The notes below the pieces were generated by a model. It was not told where the DNA came from. It searched no databases and saw only the letters and a program-made list of their open reading frames with translations. A stretch of 64,000 bases of DNA from Nitrososphaerales archaeon (GTDB lineage Archaea > Thermoproteota > Nitrososphaeria > Nitrososphaerales > UBA213), in assembly GCA_965197925.1 (NCBI GenBank), contig CBDAOC010000013.1:1-64000 (forward strand), written 5' to 3'. The position numbers and the translations under genes are program-made. Positions 9,635-19,126 of this stretch are shown here, piece after piece (the first letter of the stretch is position 1; every line of letters starts with the position of its first letter).

Positions 9635-11398
9635 TTGTTTACAACAAGAAATAAAAAGGATAATCATCCCTATTGTAGGAAGATGTATTTGTTTAATTTA
9701 AAATATCCTGCTATAGTAATAATACTATTATTATTTACAATGATTTTGCCTGTGGGCTATACGCAGTCGGATTTAACTGACTACTCACTAGTAAAGCTTA
9801 CTGCCAAGAGCTGGAAGACCATCACAGTTTTAAAGGTTAACAATAGTGAAGATAACATTTACAACGCCAAGCTTATTTGGCTAACACTGGAAAATGGTAA
9901 CATTCAATCCTATAAAGCAGTGGATGGATGGAGTACGGAAGAATCATCATCAAATCCGAATACCATACAGTTTAGTACGGAGACAAACTCGATAAGACCC
10001 GGAGAATCCACAAGGTTCGGTATCAAGTCAGATCAATCAAACCCTATCTTCAAGTGGATTGTCATTGACGAAGAGGGCGACGAACTTGGGAGTGGCCTAT
10101 TAGACGTAGTCAAAGCAATAGAGGAAGAGGCCGCAACGGAGGAAGCTGCAATGGAAGCTGCAATGGAAGCTGCAATGGAAGCTGCAATGGAAGCTGTAAT
10201 GGAAGCTGTAATGGAAGCTGCGAAGTCCACCACTGACAATATCAACGCAGAAAAAAATAATTCAACTCCAACTAATGGATCAAACGTTAAAGAGATTCCA
10301 GATATTCTCGACAAGAAACCTGCATTTGCGGTGATACCGGATACAGCAAGACCTGGTCTTGTCATGAGAATATTAGGTGAAGGCTTCATGCCAGATTCGA
10401 GGCTGACTATTCTGTTCGATGGAAAATTGATAGAGACTCTGAAGACAGCATCTGACGGAACAATTATGGATAGAATAACAATTCCCCAGGATGTAGTTGA
10501 TGGTGCTCATCAGTTATCTGTTTCAGATAGTAGTGGAAGGGCTGCAAATCTACCCATTACTGTAACAATTGAGGAAAAAGAAATTTCTTTTATGGTAACC
10601 ACCGAACAAGAAACATACAAACAAGGTGATCTTGTAAAGATAGTTGGTGTTGGAAAAGGGGGAGCCGCTGTTTCATTGAGAGCTGCAAATCCTTCTGGAG
10701 TTTCCATATTCTTTTCAGCGGTTCCAGTTAATAAGGATGGCAAATTTACAGCATTCATACCACTAGGCTCTACAACTATGACAGGTGAGTATCTAGTAAG
10801 TGCCTTGCAGGAAGGTATGACAATTACAACAAAGTTCAATGTCAAGACAGAAACTGGCTTTGAGATGACAATAGTTACCGACAAGTTCGAGTACAAACAG
10901 GGTGAGAGCGTGATAATAACAGGGCAGACATTGTCAAATAAAGACATTGGTATTACGGTTATAGATCCCAATGATAATGAAATGTTCACAACGGTTGTAA
11001 TATCAGATAACAATGGGCAATACAATGCAACAATGCTTGTGCCTCTAAACTCCCAGTTAGGCAAATATTCTGTAACTGCCAAGGCAGGCGATGAGGAGCT
11101 AGCATTAACATTCTCAGTCGTAAGAGGCTCAGTTGCTCTAACCGTGAAAACAGACAAGAGTGAATACAGGGATGGAGAGCTTGTAAGGATCAGTGGAAAA
11201 GGAAAGCCGGGTGAGAGATTATCGATAGTTATCCTCACTCCTAATGAAGACCGCATTCCGATGTCTGCTAATATTAAAGAGGATGGAACTTATAGTGCAT
11301 TATGGTTGATCCAGAAAACTGCAGATTCTGGTACTTACCGAGTAATTGTTCAGGATGAAGAATCTAGAGCAGAGGCTTTCTTCGCAGTGAGCTCCTGA
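9635..11398 (+). CDS. Secreted/surface protein with tandem Ig-like repeats (true start may be Met at 9683)
   Basis: Hydrophobic signal segment; three repeats of the type TDKxxYxxGExVxIxG; low-complexity linker. Confidence 0.8.
   Translation: MFTTRNKKDNHPYCRKMYLFNLKYPAIVIILLLFTMILPVGYTQSDLTDYSLVKLTAKSWKTITVLKVNNSEDNIYNAKLIWLTLENGNIQSYKAVDGWSTEESSSNPNTIQFSTETNSIRPGESTRFGIKSDQSNPIFKWIVIDEEGDELGSGLLDVVKAIEEEAATEEAAMEAAMEAAMEAAMEAVMEAVMEAAKSTTDNINAEKNNSTPTNGSNVKEIPDILDKKPAFAVIPDTARPGLVMRILGEGFMPDSRLTILFDGKLIETLKTASDGTIMDRITIPQDVVDGAHQLSVSDSSGRAANLPITVTIEEKEISFMVTTEQETYKQGDLVKIVGVGKGGAAVSLRAANPSGVSIFFSAVPVNKDGKFTAFIPLGSTTMTGEYLVSALQEGMTITTKFNVKTETGFEMTIVTDKFEYKQGESVIITGQTLSNKDIGITVIDPNDNEMFTTVVISDNNGQYNATMLVPLNSQLGKYSVTAKAGDEELALTFSVVRGSVALTVKTDKSEYRDGELVRISGKGKPGERLSIVILTPNEDRIPMSANIKEDGTYSALWLIQKTADSGTYRVIVQDEESRAEAFFAVSS
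10141..10221 (+). repeat. Coding 12-bp tandem repeat (GGAAGCTG[C/T]AAT), ~6.75 units, encoding EAAM/EAVM
   Basis: Four units with C, two with T, one partial. Confidence 0.95.
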
Positions 11399-11460
11399 CT
11401 TTATCTATTTCTTTGACCACCGTAAATGAGTTCCTTCATTATTCAAAAGTATGTCCTTAA

Positions 11461-11779
11461 CGGCTGTGTAGAAACCATAGATTTTAGCCTGTTGTGCACG
11501 GAATTGCACCATGAGATCAATGTATCACATATAACTCCTGCCTATGCATGAAAGAGTCAAGGTATGTCAAACTTGCTAGAACCATGCTCAATGTTTTGAT
11601 AAAGGCCAGGATACCCCTGTACATACACAAGAAGAGCAATCATATCTACATTGTATGGCAGCATACAATCCTTCTGGTATTAAGGCAGTATGAAGGGAAG
11701 AGCTACAGGAGGTTTGTGGAATGGCTGCATGAAGCATACTACCTGAGGATCTTTCTACATCTAGATATAGTACCCCATT
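11461..11779 (+). mobile_element. 5' remnant of an IS (same transposase type as 6510..6750), truncated by the adjacent IS5
   Basis: ORF from 11548 MKESRYVKLA...LVLRQYEGKSYRRFVEWL...DIVPH broken at 11779; putative left end CGGCTGTGTAGAAACC. Confidence 0.7.
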
Positions 11780-12653
11780 CAACTCATCTCAAAACCCTAC
11801 AATACATCAAAAATGATGCAGGATTAACAAATGCCAGATAGTTTTCTGCCGTTCTTTCATACCTGATTCTTGTTCTGTGAAATCCATTCTTGAGTCATGC
11901 AAGGAATCTCTCAACTACAAATCTTGTCTTGTTGTAATGTTTGCAATCATTATTTTGCAAGATGAACTTGGAATTTATTTTGTATGGGATGCAACATGCA
12001 ATATTTCTATCCCACAAATACATTCTGATGTATTTTGCATCATTTTGTCTGCATAAACTGATTCTATCTGTTGTATTGAATCATCATCAAGATAGTCTGA
12101 AATTGATCCTGTAACATCTATGCATTTTGTACTGTCATGTTCATTTGCCGGACTCAACAGTATGGATATTGGAAATCCGTTACTCTCTACTGCGGCATGT
12201 ATTTTTGTACCTGTTATTCTCTTGAATCCATTATATCCAGTTACATTGCCCCTTTTTTATCAGGAATGGATGAAGAGTCAACTGATATTTTTTGTAGATT
12301 AATTTTGCCAGATTTATGTGCTGAGTGAATAGTACGTGATAGAATCTTTTTCCAGATTCCTTTTTGTTGCCATTTGTTTAACCTTCTGTTTGCAGTAGAA
12401 TCATCACCATATCTTTTTGGCATATCGTCCCATCGGCATCCAGTAGTTAGAACATGGATTATTCCGTTAATGATTTTTCTATCATCATCCCTAGGCCTGC
12501 CAGTTTTTGCATGTGGTGGTATGTGTGATTCCATCATACTCCACTGTTTGTCTGATAATTCTTGGAATTTCATAAAATAATTTTAGATGTCGCTATTCAT
12601 AGATCTAAATGGCCGCTAAAAATTGTCTAAATGGTTAGTTTTGAGATGAGTTG
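11780..12653 (-). mobile_element. IS5-family element (orfA/orfB), inactive; forms the inner boundary of the duplication
   Basis: Perfect 16-bp TIR CAACTCATCTCAAAAC; orfA 12241..12573; A6G4 slip site; orfB has frameshifts and a TGA; no target duplication. Confidence 0.93.
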
Positions 12654-13316
12654 AGTATAGGATGGGACTGGCAATCCATGGATAGCGTTACTGTGAAGGC
12701 CCCATTAGGGGGAAAACGACCGGAGCAAACCCAACGGATAGAGGTAAGCTAGGTACCAAACGTCACATGCTGGTTGATAGAAGAGGTATTCCTCTCTCAT
12801 CTGTAATTACTGGAGCAAACAAGCACGATATGAAATCAGCCTTTCCTACAATAGATAGCATTGTTGTTGATAGGCCCAAAGTTAAACAGAACATATGCAT
12901 GAATAGGATACGATTTCACTGAGATAGAGTATGGAGTTAGGAGAAGAGGATATGTAGATCACACGCGTCATAAGGGTGAAGTGTTGAAAAAGAATTTGTA
13001 CAAAGCAAAGAGATGGGTTGTAGAAAGAACCGCATCTTGGCATAACAGGTTCAGAAAGTTATTGGTAAGGTTCGAGAAGAAGAAGGAAAATTATCAGGCA
13101 TTAGTAGAATTTGCTAACTGCTTAATAGAGTAGAGGGATATATTGGTAGTGTCATAAACACGTTAATGCAACTGTTTCTAGTATCTACTATCTACAATAC
13201 TAATAAAATCAATAGTAAGAAAACTAAACCTGATATTATGAACTAATATTCTTACATTCTAAATGTTATCATTTCTACCAATCATTAACTACCAGCTAGA
13301 ATTTTAGGATAGGCTC
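12654..13316 (+). mobile_element. 3' half of another IS5-family element (type of 25762..26810)
   Basis: Matches ~26146..26630; RWVVERTASWHNRFRKL; right TIR TTTTAGGATAGGCTC followed by TTA. Confidence 0.88.
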
Positions 13317-13326
13317 TTAGTTAACT

Positions 13327-13623
13327 TTATGTCTCCGTCGAGGCCCCATAACGCTTGATCAGGTATTCTTGCCATTCCTCTACGAGAGTTGAGAATTTCA
13401 ATCTATTTTTGAATTTATATTCCCTGTTATCAATGTCTAAACTTTCTGCATCATGGATCGCTCTTACCAGAGCACACTGCTCAAGATTGTCACACTTATA
13501 GTTACTTATCATGCTTGAACCCATGTATTCGATTGTTCCGTAAATAACACCAGAACCATCCTCTTTTGGGCAGTACTGGAATGGGAGGAGGCAGATCATT
13601 AGTGCAAGTTCACGATTTTCCAA
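13327..13623 (-). CDS. Hypothetical protein
   Basis: 98-aa ORF co-oriented directly downstream of the htrA remnant; no recognised motif. Confidence 0.5.
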   Translation of the reverse strand: MENRELALMICLLPFQYCPKEDGSGVIYGTIEYMGSSMISNYKCDNLEQCALVRAIHDAESLDIDNREYKFKNRLKFSTLVEEWQEYLIKRYGASTET

Positions 13624-13650
13624 ACATCTTCTAATTTTCTTACTTCCTTT

Positions 13651-14645
13651 TCAAATGATGATCTGAGGCGGTACTCCCATTAACCTGATAGATGTCCTGT
13701 ATAGTACTCCATTTCGGTTGAATTGTATTATCAACACTTCACCTATAGAGTATCGTGATAATGCAGCTAAAAGATCTTTCATTTGCTTTACTTCAACTTC
13801 CCCTATTTGAGTTAGTATATCACTCCGCCGTAAACCTGCTTTGTATACAGGACCATATACAGGACCATAACGTGAAATTCCAACCATTAGCACTCCCGAA
13901 TCCCGCAATGCCAAATCAGCAATTGATTTATTCCTGAGCAAATTCTCCTCGCAACAGTTGGATTGAGATTTATTCCTGAGATTCCAAGCCAGGGTCTAAT
14001 CACTTTTCCCTTTTCAAATATCTGCTCGGTCACATTCTATATGGTGTTTATTGGTATAGCAAACCCTACACCTTGTGCATGTGGTATCATAGCTGTATTG
14101 ATGCCAATTACATTGCCATTCAAATCAGCTAGGGGACCACCACTATTCCCAGGGTTGATCGCTGCATCAGTTTGAATTAATCCCTCGAAAACAAAATCCA
14201 AACCAGGAAGTGGCCTTCCAAGAGCACTGATGACTCCTCCTGACACGGTAGGACCACCTGGTAAACCTAACGTGATCCCAATTGCTAGTGCTATTTGTCC
14301 TACCTTGAGTTTCTCTGAATCACCGAGCTCAGCTGTGGGAAGATTGTTTGCTCCTACCCTCACTACTGCTAAGTCTGTTGCAGGATCTCCTCCGATGACT
14401 TCACCAGCCAAAGTTCTCCTATCTTTTAGATTGATCCAGACTCTGTCCGCACCATCGATAACGTGATTGTTAGTAACTGCATAGCCCCTGGCATCTACAA
14501 TTATTCCAGATCCTGTCCCTTCTTGTGGTACAAGACCAAATCTCGCGTCCATGGTGAGTTTTTTACTATTAATGCAGACCACACTTTCGCTCAGCCTTTC
14601 AACTGCATCGGTTATCTGATTCTCAAGAAACGTAAGCGTCATCAT
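13651..14645 (-). pseudogene. HtrA/DegP-like trypsin serine protease with PDZ domain, disrupted
   Basis: GSGII, TNNHVI, DLAV, IQTDAAINPGNSGGPL; TAG at 14037-14039 followed by RPWLGI; frameshift into the PDZ part (GPVYKAGLRRSDIL). Confidence 0.9.
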
Positions 14646-15526
14646 AGACCATCTCGTATCCAGATTTTCAATTTAGCTATACTTCCAATCGTCATTGTAT
14701 GTATAATAGAATACATGGTACTTGTTGACTAATTTTGATAACTGGTCACACCAGTCTTCGATTTCAAGGGATCGGACAATGTGTCATTGGAACTATAGTA
14801 AATATTGGACAAGTGTTCAGATATTTTATATGGAGAAATTATTGAATTCACTTTTTCTTTTTCATCTTCAGTATTTGCTTCTAGTATTACATAGCTATTC
14901 ATGATCCTTAGATTCATGTGAAATGAATGATCCTCGCTCGTCCATTGCAGAACATAAATTCCTTCACCATCTATTCATTCCCAACCATCTTAATTCGTTG
15001 AACCATTTACCAGCAAGTTCACTAACTATGTTTCTAACATCTACATTTGATTGAATGTATGTTTGGAGTGGCAAGCAATAGTCATGATTATGTTCTATAT
15101 TACTATTAGACAAAACTGATCCTTTGTCACTTGACTTCTATCCGAATTGTGAATTCTCTATAAGATTCAACTCAGACAGTCTTTAAAGGGACCTTGATAG
15201 AGTTTCTTGATCCATATCCAAGGGTTCCGGTATCTACATCGGTCAGTTTTTTGCTTCAAATTTCTCTTTCAGCTTCATCCCAACAAAGACTGATGATGAT
15301 ATTAACAGCATAAAACCAATCAATCCGAAAGTACTGGAAAAGGATGCAAAGGGTATAGATGAAGTCTTAAGAGCACACGACCAAAGAAGGACGCCGTTAT
15401 CAATGCTATCAAGAGGGGTTGGCAGAGTTGGGAAATACCGTCTAGTGAACCTACCAGAAAGTGTAAAGGCGATTTCCGAATCACTGGATGCACTTTTTCC
15501 AGGGATAATGCATATTTACAGAATGC

Positions 15527-15660
15527 TGGCGGGCCCGGAGGGCTTCGATCCCTCGACCTCTGGCTTAGAAGGCAAGCGCTCTATCCAAACTGAGATATGT
15601 TCCAATCATTCACATATCACTTCAGGGCTTTTTTGGCAAGCCTTACTGAGCTACGGGCCC
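15527..15660 (-). tRNA. tRNA-Arg(UCU), CCA encoded, with 56 nt of intron in the D-loop (two tandem BHB introns, 15643..15620 and 15619..15588)
   Basis: Spliced product GGGCCCGTAGCTCAGTA|TGGATAGAGCGCTTGCCTTCTAAGCCAGAGGTCGAGGGATCGAAGCCCTCCGGGCCCGCCA folds as a 78-nt cloverleaf with anticodon TCT. Confidence 0.92.
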
Positions 15661-15708
15661 GTAACCATGTTTGAGCCACTATAATTATAACTTTGTCCAG
15701 TATTCTAA

Positions 15709-16566
15709 TCAACTTTTATTATTTCTGCCATAACAGTAGAGGTATTGTTGTGCATAACCTGCATACTCACCAAAATATTCACGCATTCTTAGTGAAATTG
15801 TTCTATATACACTTGGAGCAATTTTTTCATAATCAAACTCTTTCTTGAACATATGTGAATAATACTTCATAATTGCTCTTGCAATCCAAATATCTATTGG
15901 AAATGAATCAAGCTTTTCTAATGAAAAAAGAAGAATACAATCCGCAACCTTATTGCCTATTCCCAGAATATCCATCAGCTCATTCTTTGCATTTTCATAA
16001 TTTCTGTGTTTAAGATGATCAAAATCTATTTCTCCATCTAACACTGCCTTTGCTGCTCTCTTTATGAACCTGGCCCTGTAACCTACGCTGCACCTGCAAA
16101 GTTCGGTTATTCCTGCTTTTGCCAGTCTTTTGGGTTCTGGGAAAGTGTAAAAATCGAATTTGTCATAGACCAACTTCTTTCCAAAATTAATACTAATCTT
16201 TGTAAGCATTTGCTTTATCATAGAAATGTTAGTATTGGTAGCACAAATAAACGAGATTAAGCATTGATACGGGTTCTGCCTCATTATACGTAATCCTTTC
16301 ATCTTTGATAACGCATCTTCAATAATAGGATCTTTCGATATCTTCTTTGAAATATTATACAAATCATCTTCAAGTCTAAAAAATTTCTTAAGATCAATGC
16401 TTGCAGGATAAGAAAAATATTCTAATCCATGGTTACCTGCTGATATTTTGACCACATTGCTTCCTTCAATACCATACCAGCAATCACCCAATTTATTCCA
16501 GAGAAAGACCTGACCGCTTTCAATTGTAAGGTCAAGATTCAAGTACGGAGCCTTAGCCAACAGCAC
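15709..16566 (-). CDS. ogg: 8-oxoguanine DNA glycosylase (OGG1-like, HhH-GPD)
   Basis: TIESGQVFLW, GLRIMRQNP, GYRA, LGIGNKVADCILLF, FPIDIWI, YAGYAQQYLY. Confidence 0.9.
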   Translation of the reverse strand: MLLAKAPYLNLDLTIESGQVFLWNKLGDCWYGIEGSNVVKISAGNHGLEYFSYPASIDLKKFFRLEDDLYNISKKISKDPIIEDALSKMKGLRIMRQNPYQCLISFICATNTNISMIKQMLTKISINFGKKLVYDKFDFYTFPEPKRLAKAGITELCRCSVGYRARFIKRAAKAVLDGEIDFDHLKHRNYENAKNELMDILGIGNKVADCILLFSLEKLDSFPIDIWIARAIMKYYSHMFKKEFDYEKIAPSVYRTISLRMREYFGEYAGYAQQYLYCYGRNNKS

Positions 16567-16853
16567 AGGTATCTATATTAGCACGTGCACTTATAACTGC
16601 GCTAAAAAGTGCTCACCTTTGAGGGTATCAATATCTGATTCTAACCTTGGCAGGAGGTCAGGACAGTAATTATAGGCTCACTCGATTCTAAATGGGACCA
16701 AACCTGAAGAGGTCAAATTATGCCTATTGACTATTGTAGGGTCGATACCTTTATGCTACAAAAAACCAAATTAGGAAGAAATACAGATACTAAGCTCTTT
16801 ACTATATTATTGGTCAGCAATAGATATTAAGAGCCTTCCAGGATAAGGCATTT

Positions 16854-17048
16854 ATGCCAAAGCAGATCTTCAACAAGGACGATTTTATCAAGGTGGCGGA
16901 TAATGCTAGGGAGTGCTTGGTGGTAAGAAGAAAGGACAAAGTGAAGATCAAGCTACGGAGGTCGAGATTGATGTATATCTATGTCTCAAAATCTTCTGAT
17001 GCCGATCAGATATTAAAGCAAATAAAAATTGATAAGACAGAGCTTTAG
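16854..17048 (+). CDS. rpl38e: 50S ribosomal protein L38e
   Basis: MPKQI...F...A, KVKIKLRRSRLMY; 64-aa basic protein. Confidence 0.8.
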   Translation: MPKQIFNKDDFIKVADNARECLVVRRKDKVKIKLRRSRLMYIYVSKSSDADQILKQIKIDKTEL

Positions 17049-18304
17049 ACGATTATTTCTTCACCGGTGTTTGGTGCGTGCGCATCAAAGCCAAACTTTT
17101 CATGGATTTCTTCGGCAAATTTAACACAGGCTTCACCATCCCCATGTACGGTAAGAACTCTTGGGTTACCCTTTATTCTTGATATCATATCAAACAAGTC
17201 ACTTCTTCCACTATGACCCGAAAAATCTAATTGTTTTACCTCTGCCTTTACCTTCATAACCTTCCCCCCAATTGTTGCTACATTTCTTTCTAACAAGGCC
17301 CTACCAGGGGTTCCTTCACCTTGATAAGACACCATGGCTATACCGTTCTTCTCATTTCTAGCAATCTGTTGAAGATAGAATACACCAGCGCCGCCAACTA
17401 ACATACCAGCTGGTGAAATTACAACACATGGTTCCTTAGCAGCATTCCTTCGGTCCTTCCAACCACTAATCCATTCCGCCTCCCTTATCGCATCAGAAAA
17501 CAATTTGTGGTCTTTAAGAAAATCTGGATGTTTAGACATAACCCTGTTGACTTTAAGTGCCATTCCATCCATCACAATTTTATGCTGGAAGTTAGCATTC
17601 TTAAAAACACATGCAATCTCCTGTGATCTTTCTACACTAAAAGATGGTACGAAAAGTATACCTCCTCGCTCAACAACTTCATTGGCGAAACTCACTAGCT
17701 CGTTTTCTGCTTCTTCCCTAGGTTGATGTTCGCCCATAGAATACGTACTTTCTGTTATTACCAGATCAATATCCCCAATATCTAGATCTGCAGTTCTAAG
17801 CATTCTTGAACCCCTTGTATTGACATCTCCCGTATAGAATATTCTCTTACCCTTATGCTCGACAACTATTGTTGACCCACCAAATACATGGCCCGAGTCA
17901 TGCAGTGTTACATCGACACCATTTAGGGAAAATGATTCTCTGCAGCTGATCGCTCTTGAGTTCTTCTGCATCGCAACCAGATCAATATATTCAAACGGAA
18001 GGTAGAATCCAGAGATTCTTATCATATCTTCTATAAGCAAGCTCGAAAGTTCAAACGTGGGCTGTGTTGCATAAGCGGTTATGCCCTTGGATAGAAATAG
18101 TGATGGCACAAAACCAGAATGATCCAGATGCGCGTGTGTTATTACTACAGCATCAATGTCTTTTGGTTTTACATGCATGGGAAAGAGGGGTTCTTGGCGA
18201 CGAAGCATTACCCCATAATCTAACAATATTGTGGTATTGTCAGCATTAATGAGAAATGCAGATCTGCCAACCTCTTTAGCAGAACCTAATACTGTTACTC
18301 TCAA
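17045..18304 (-). CDS. MBL-fold beta-CASP ribonuclease (aCPSF-like, no KH domains)
   Basis: LGSAKEVGRS, THAHLDHSG, SGHVFG, YTGD, ESTY, FSGHS, VHGD. Confidence 0.92.
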   Translation of the reverse strand: MRVTVLGSAKEVGRSAFLINADNTTILLDYGVMLRRQEPLFPMHVKPKDIDAVVITHAHLDHSGFVPSLFLSKGITAYATQPTFELSSLLIEDMIRISGFYLPFEYIDLVAMQKNSRAISCRESFSLNGVDVTLHDSGHVFGGSTIVVEHKGKRIFYTGDVNTRGSRMLRTADLDIGDIDLVITESTYSMGEHQPREEAENELVSFANEVVERGGILFVPSFSVERSQEIACVFKNANFQHKIVMDGMALKVNRVMSKHPDFLKDHKLFSDAIREAEWISGWKDRRNAAKEPCVVISPAGMLVGGAGVFYLQQIARNEKNGIAMVSYQGEGTPGRALLERNVATIGGKVMKVKAEVKQLDFSGHSGRSDLFDMISRIKGNPRVLTVHGDGEACVKFAEEIHEKFGFDAHAPNTGEEIIV

Positions 18305-18460
18305 GCTTCATTCAACTCCCTCTCATATTAGACCTTTAAACATTTGCAATAACTTAGAAATAGAGGATTAGATCTAATCGAACCAACAAAGAGTGGCTAC
18401 TGTCATTGTTTTACAGGAAGAGGGCAAAAACTTAATAAGTTCTACAGGTTAACAGCGTGT

Positions 18461-18688
18461 ATGGGTAGGAGCTTTAAAGATTGGTGGGCTGCAGTACCTG
18501 AAGATCTGAAGACAAAAGCAAAAGGTAATGATGATTGGAATACCTACAAGCCGATCCTTAATGAGTTAAACTTTGTTTGGGTGATGCTGAACCAACAAGG
18601 AAAGTTTGACTTGGTGCCAACTGGCGAAGAAGTGTTAGGCTGGGTAGGAAACGGCGAAATAGACGCAATGCGACAGATTAAGAAGTAA
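18461..18688 (+). CDS. Small hypothetical protein
   Basis: 75-aa ORF, TATA-like TTAATAA ~25 nt upstream, T-rich tract downstream. Confidence 0.75.
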   Translation: MGRSFKDWWAAVPEDLKTKAKGNDDWNTYKPILNELNFVWVMLNQQGKFDLVPTGEEVLGWVGNGEIDAMRQIKK

Positions 18689-18809
18689 AGAACGGCAATT
18701 GGTAAAAAATTTTCCTTTTTTTGTTAATAATATCTTTTGTAAAACGGTGTTATGTGAGTTGGCTAGTCCTTAAATAATATGATAACAGATAGTAATTAAG
18801 TGAAATAAA

Positions 18810-19103
18810 ATGCCAATAGCAATTCTACCTGACGTAGATGAACAAACGTGCATAGGATGTGCACTTTGTGTAGAAATCTGCACAGCACTAGGGCCGGATG
18901 TACTCAGAGTAAAACCAGTTGAAGGCTGGAAGAGAGGGAAGGCATTCGTCTTCTATCCAGAAAGATGTATTTCTGATGGGGCATGTATCGGCGTTTGCCC
19001 AACAAAGTCAATATTCTGGATGAGACCAATGGACTTTACACCAGGTCAACCGGTTGCACTGCATAAATTCGGCAGATTCACAAAGGGCTGGGCAGAAGGA
19101 TAA
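18810..19103 (+). CDS. Dicluster ferredoxin
   Basis: CIGCALCVEIC and CISDGACIGVCP motifs. Confidence 0.93.
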   Translation: MPIAILPDVDEQTCIGCALCVEICTALGPDVLRVKPVEGWKRGKAFVFYPERCISDGACIGVCPTKSIFWMRPMDFTPGQPVALHKFGRFTKGWAEG

Positions 19104-19126
19104 AAAGTTCAAGCACCACTTTTTTT

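Larger units (their letters stand above)
1..12653. repeat. Left arm of a >=12.65-kb inverted duplication (partner 45958..58610)
   Basis: Every ORF has a mirror with start+end=58611. Base 1 (aaatccgtgag) mirrors ctcacggattt ending at 58610. Identity stops after ...ttgagatgagttg at 12653. Confidence 0.98.

Noticed and set aside
10141..10221. Possible CRISPR array
   Set aside because: Contiguous 12-bp units without spacers, in frame within a CDS; no CRISPR array or cas gene seen in the window
10510..11256. 248-aa antisense ORF (and other shadow ORFs such as 122..529, 1050..1487, 27543..27980, 61215..61631)
   Set aside because: They mirror well-supported genes on the opposite strand and have no motifs
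12654..15526. Integrated element at the tRNA-Arg 3' end
   Set aside because: No duplicated tRNA 3' end (att site) or integrase was found by eye
15403..15684. 93-aa ORF on + strand
   Set aside because: Its 3' half is antisense to the tRNA-Arg gene; at most the 5' part is a gene remnant
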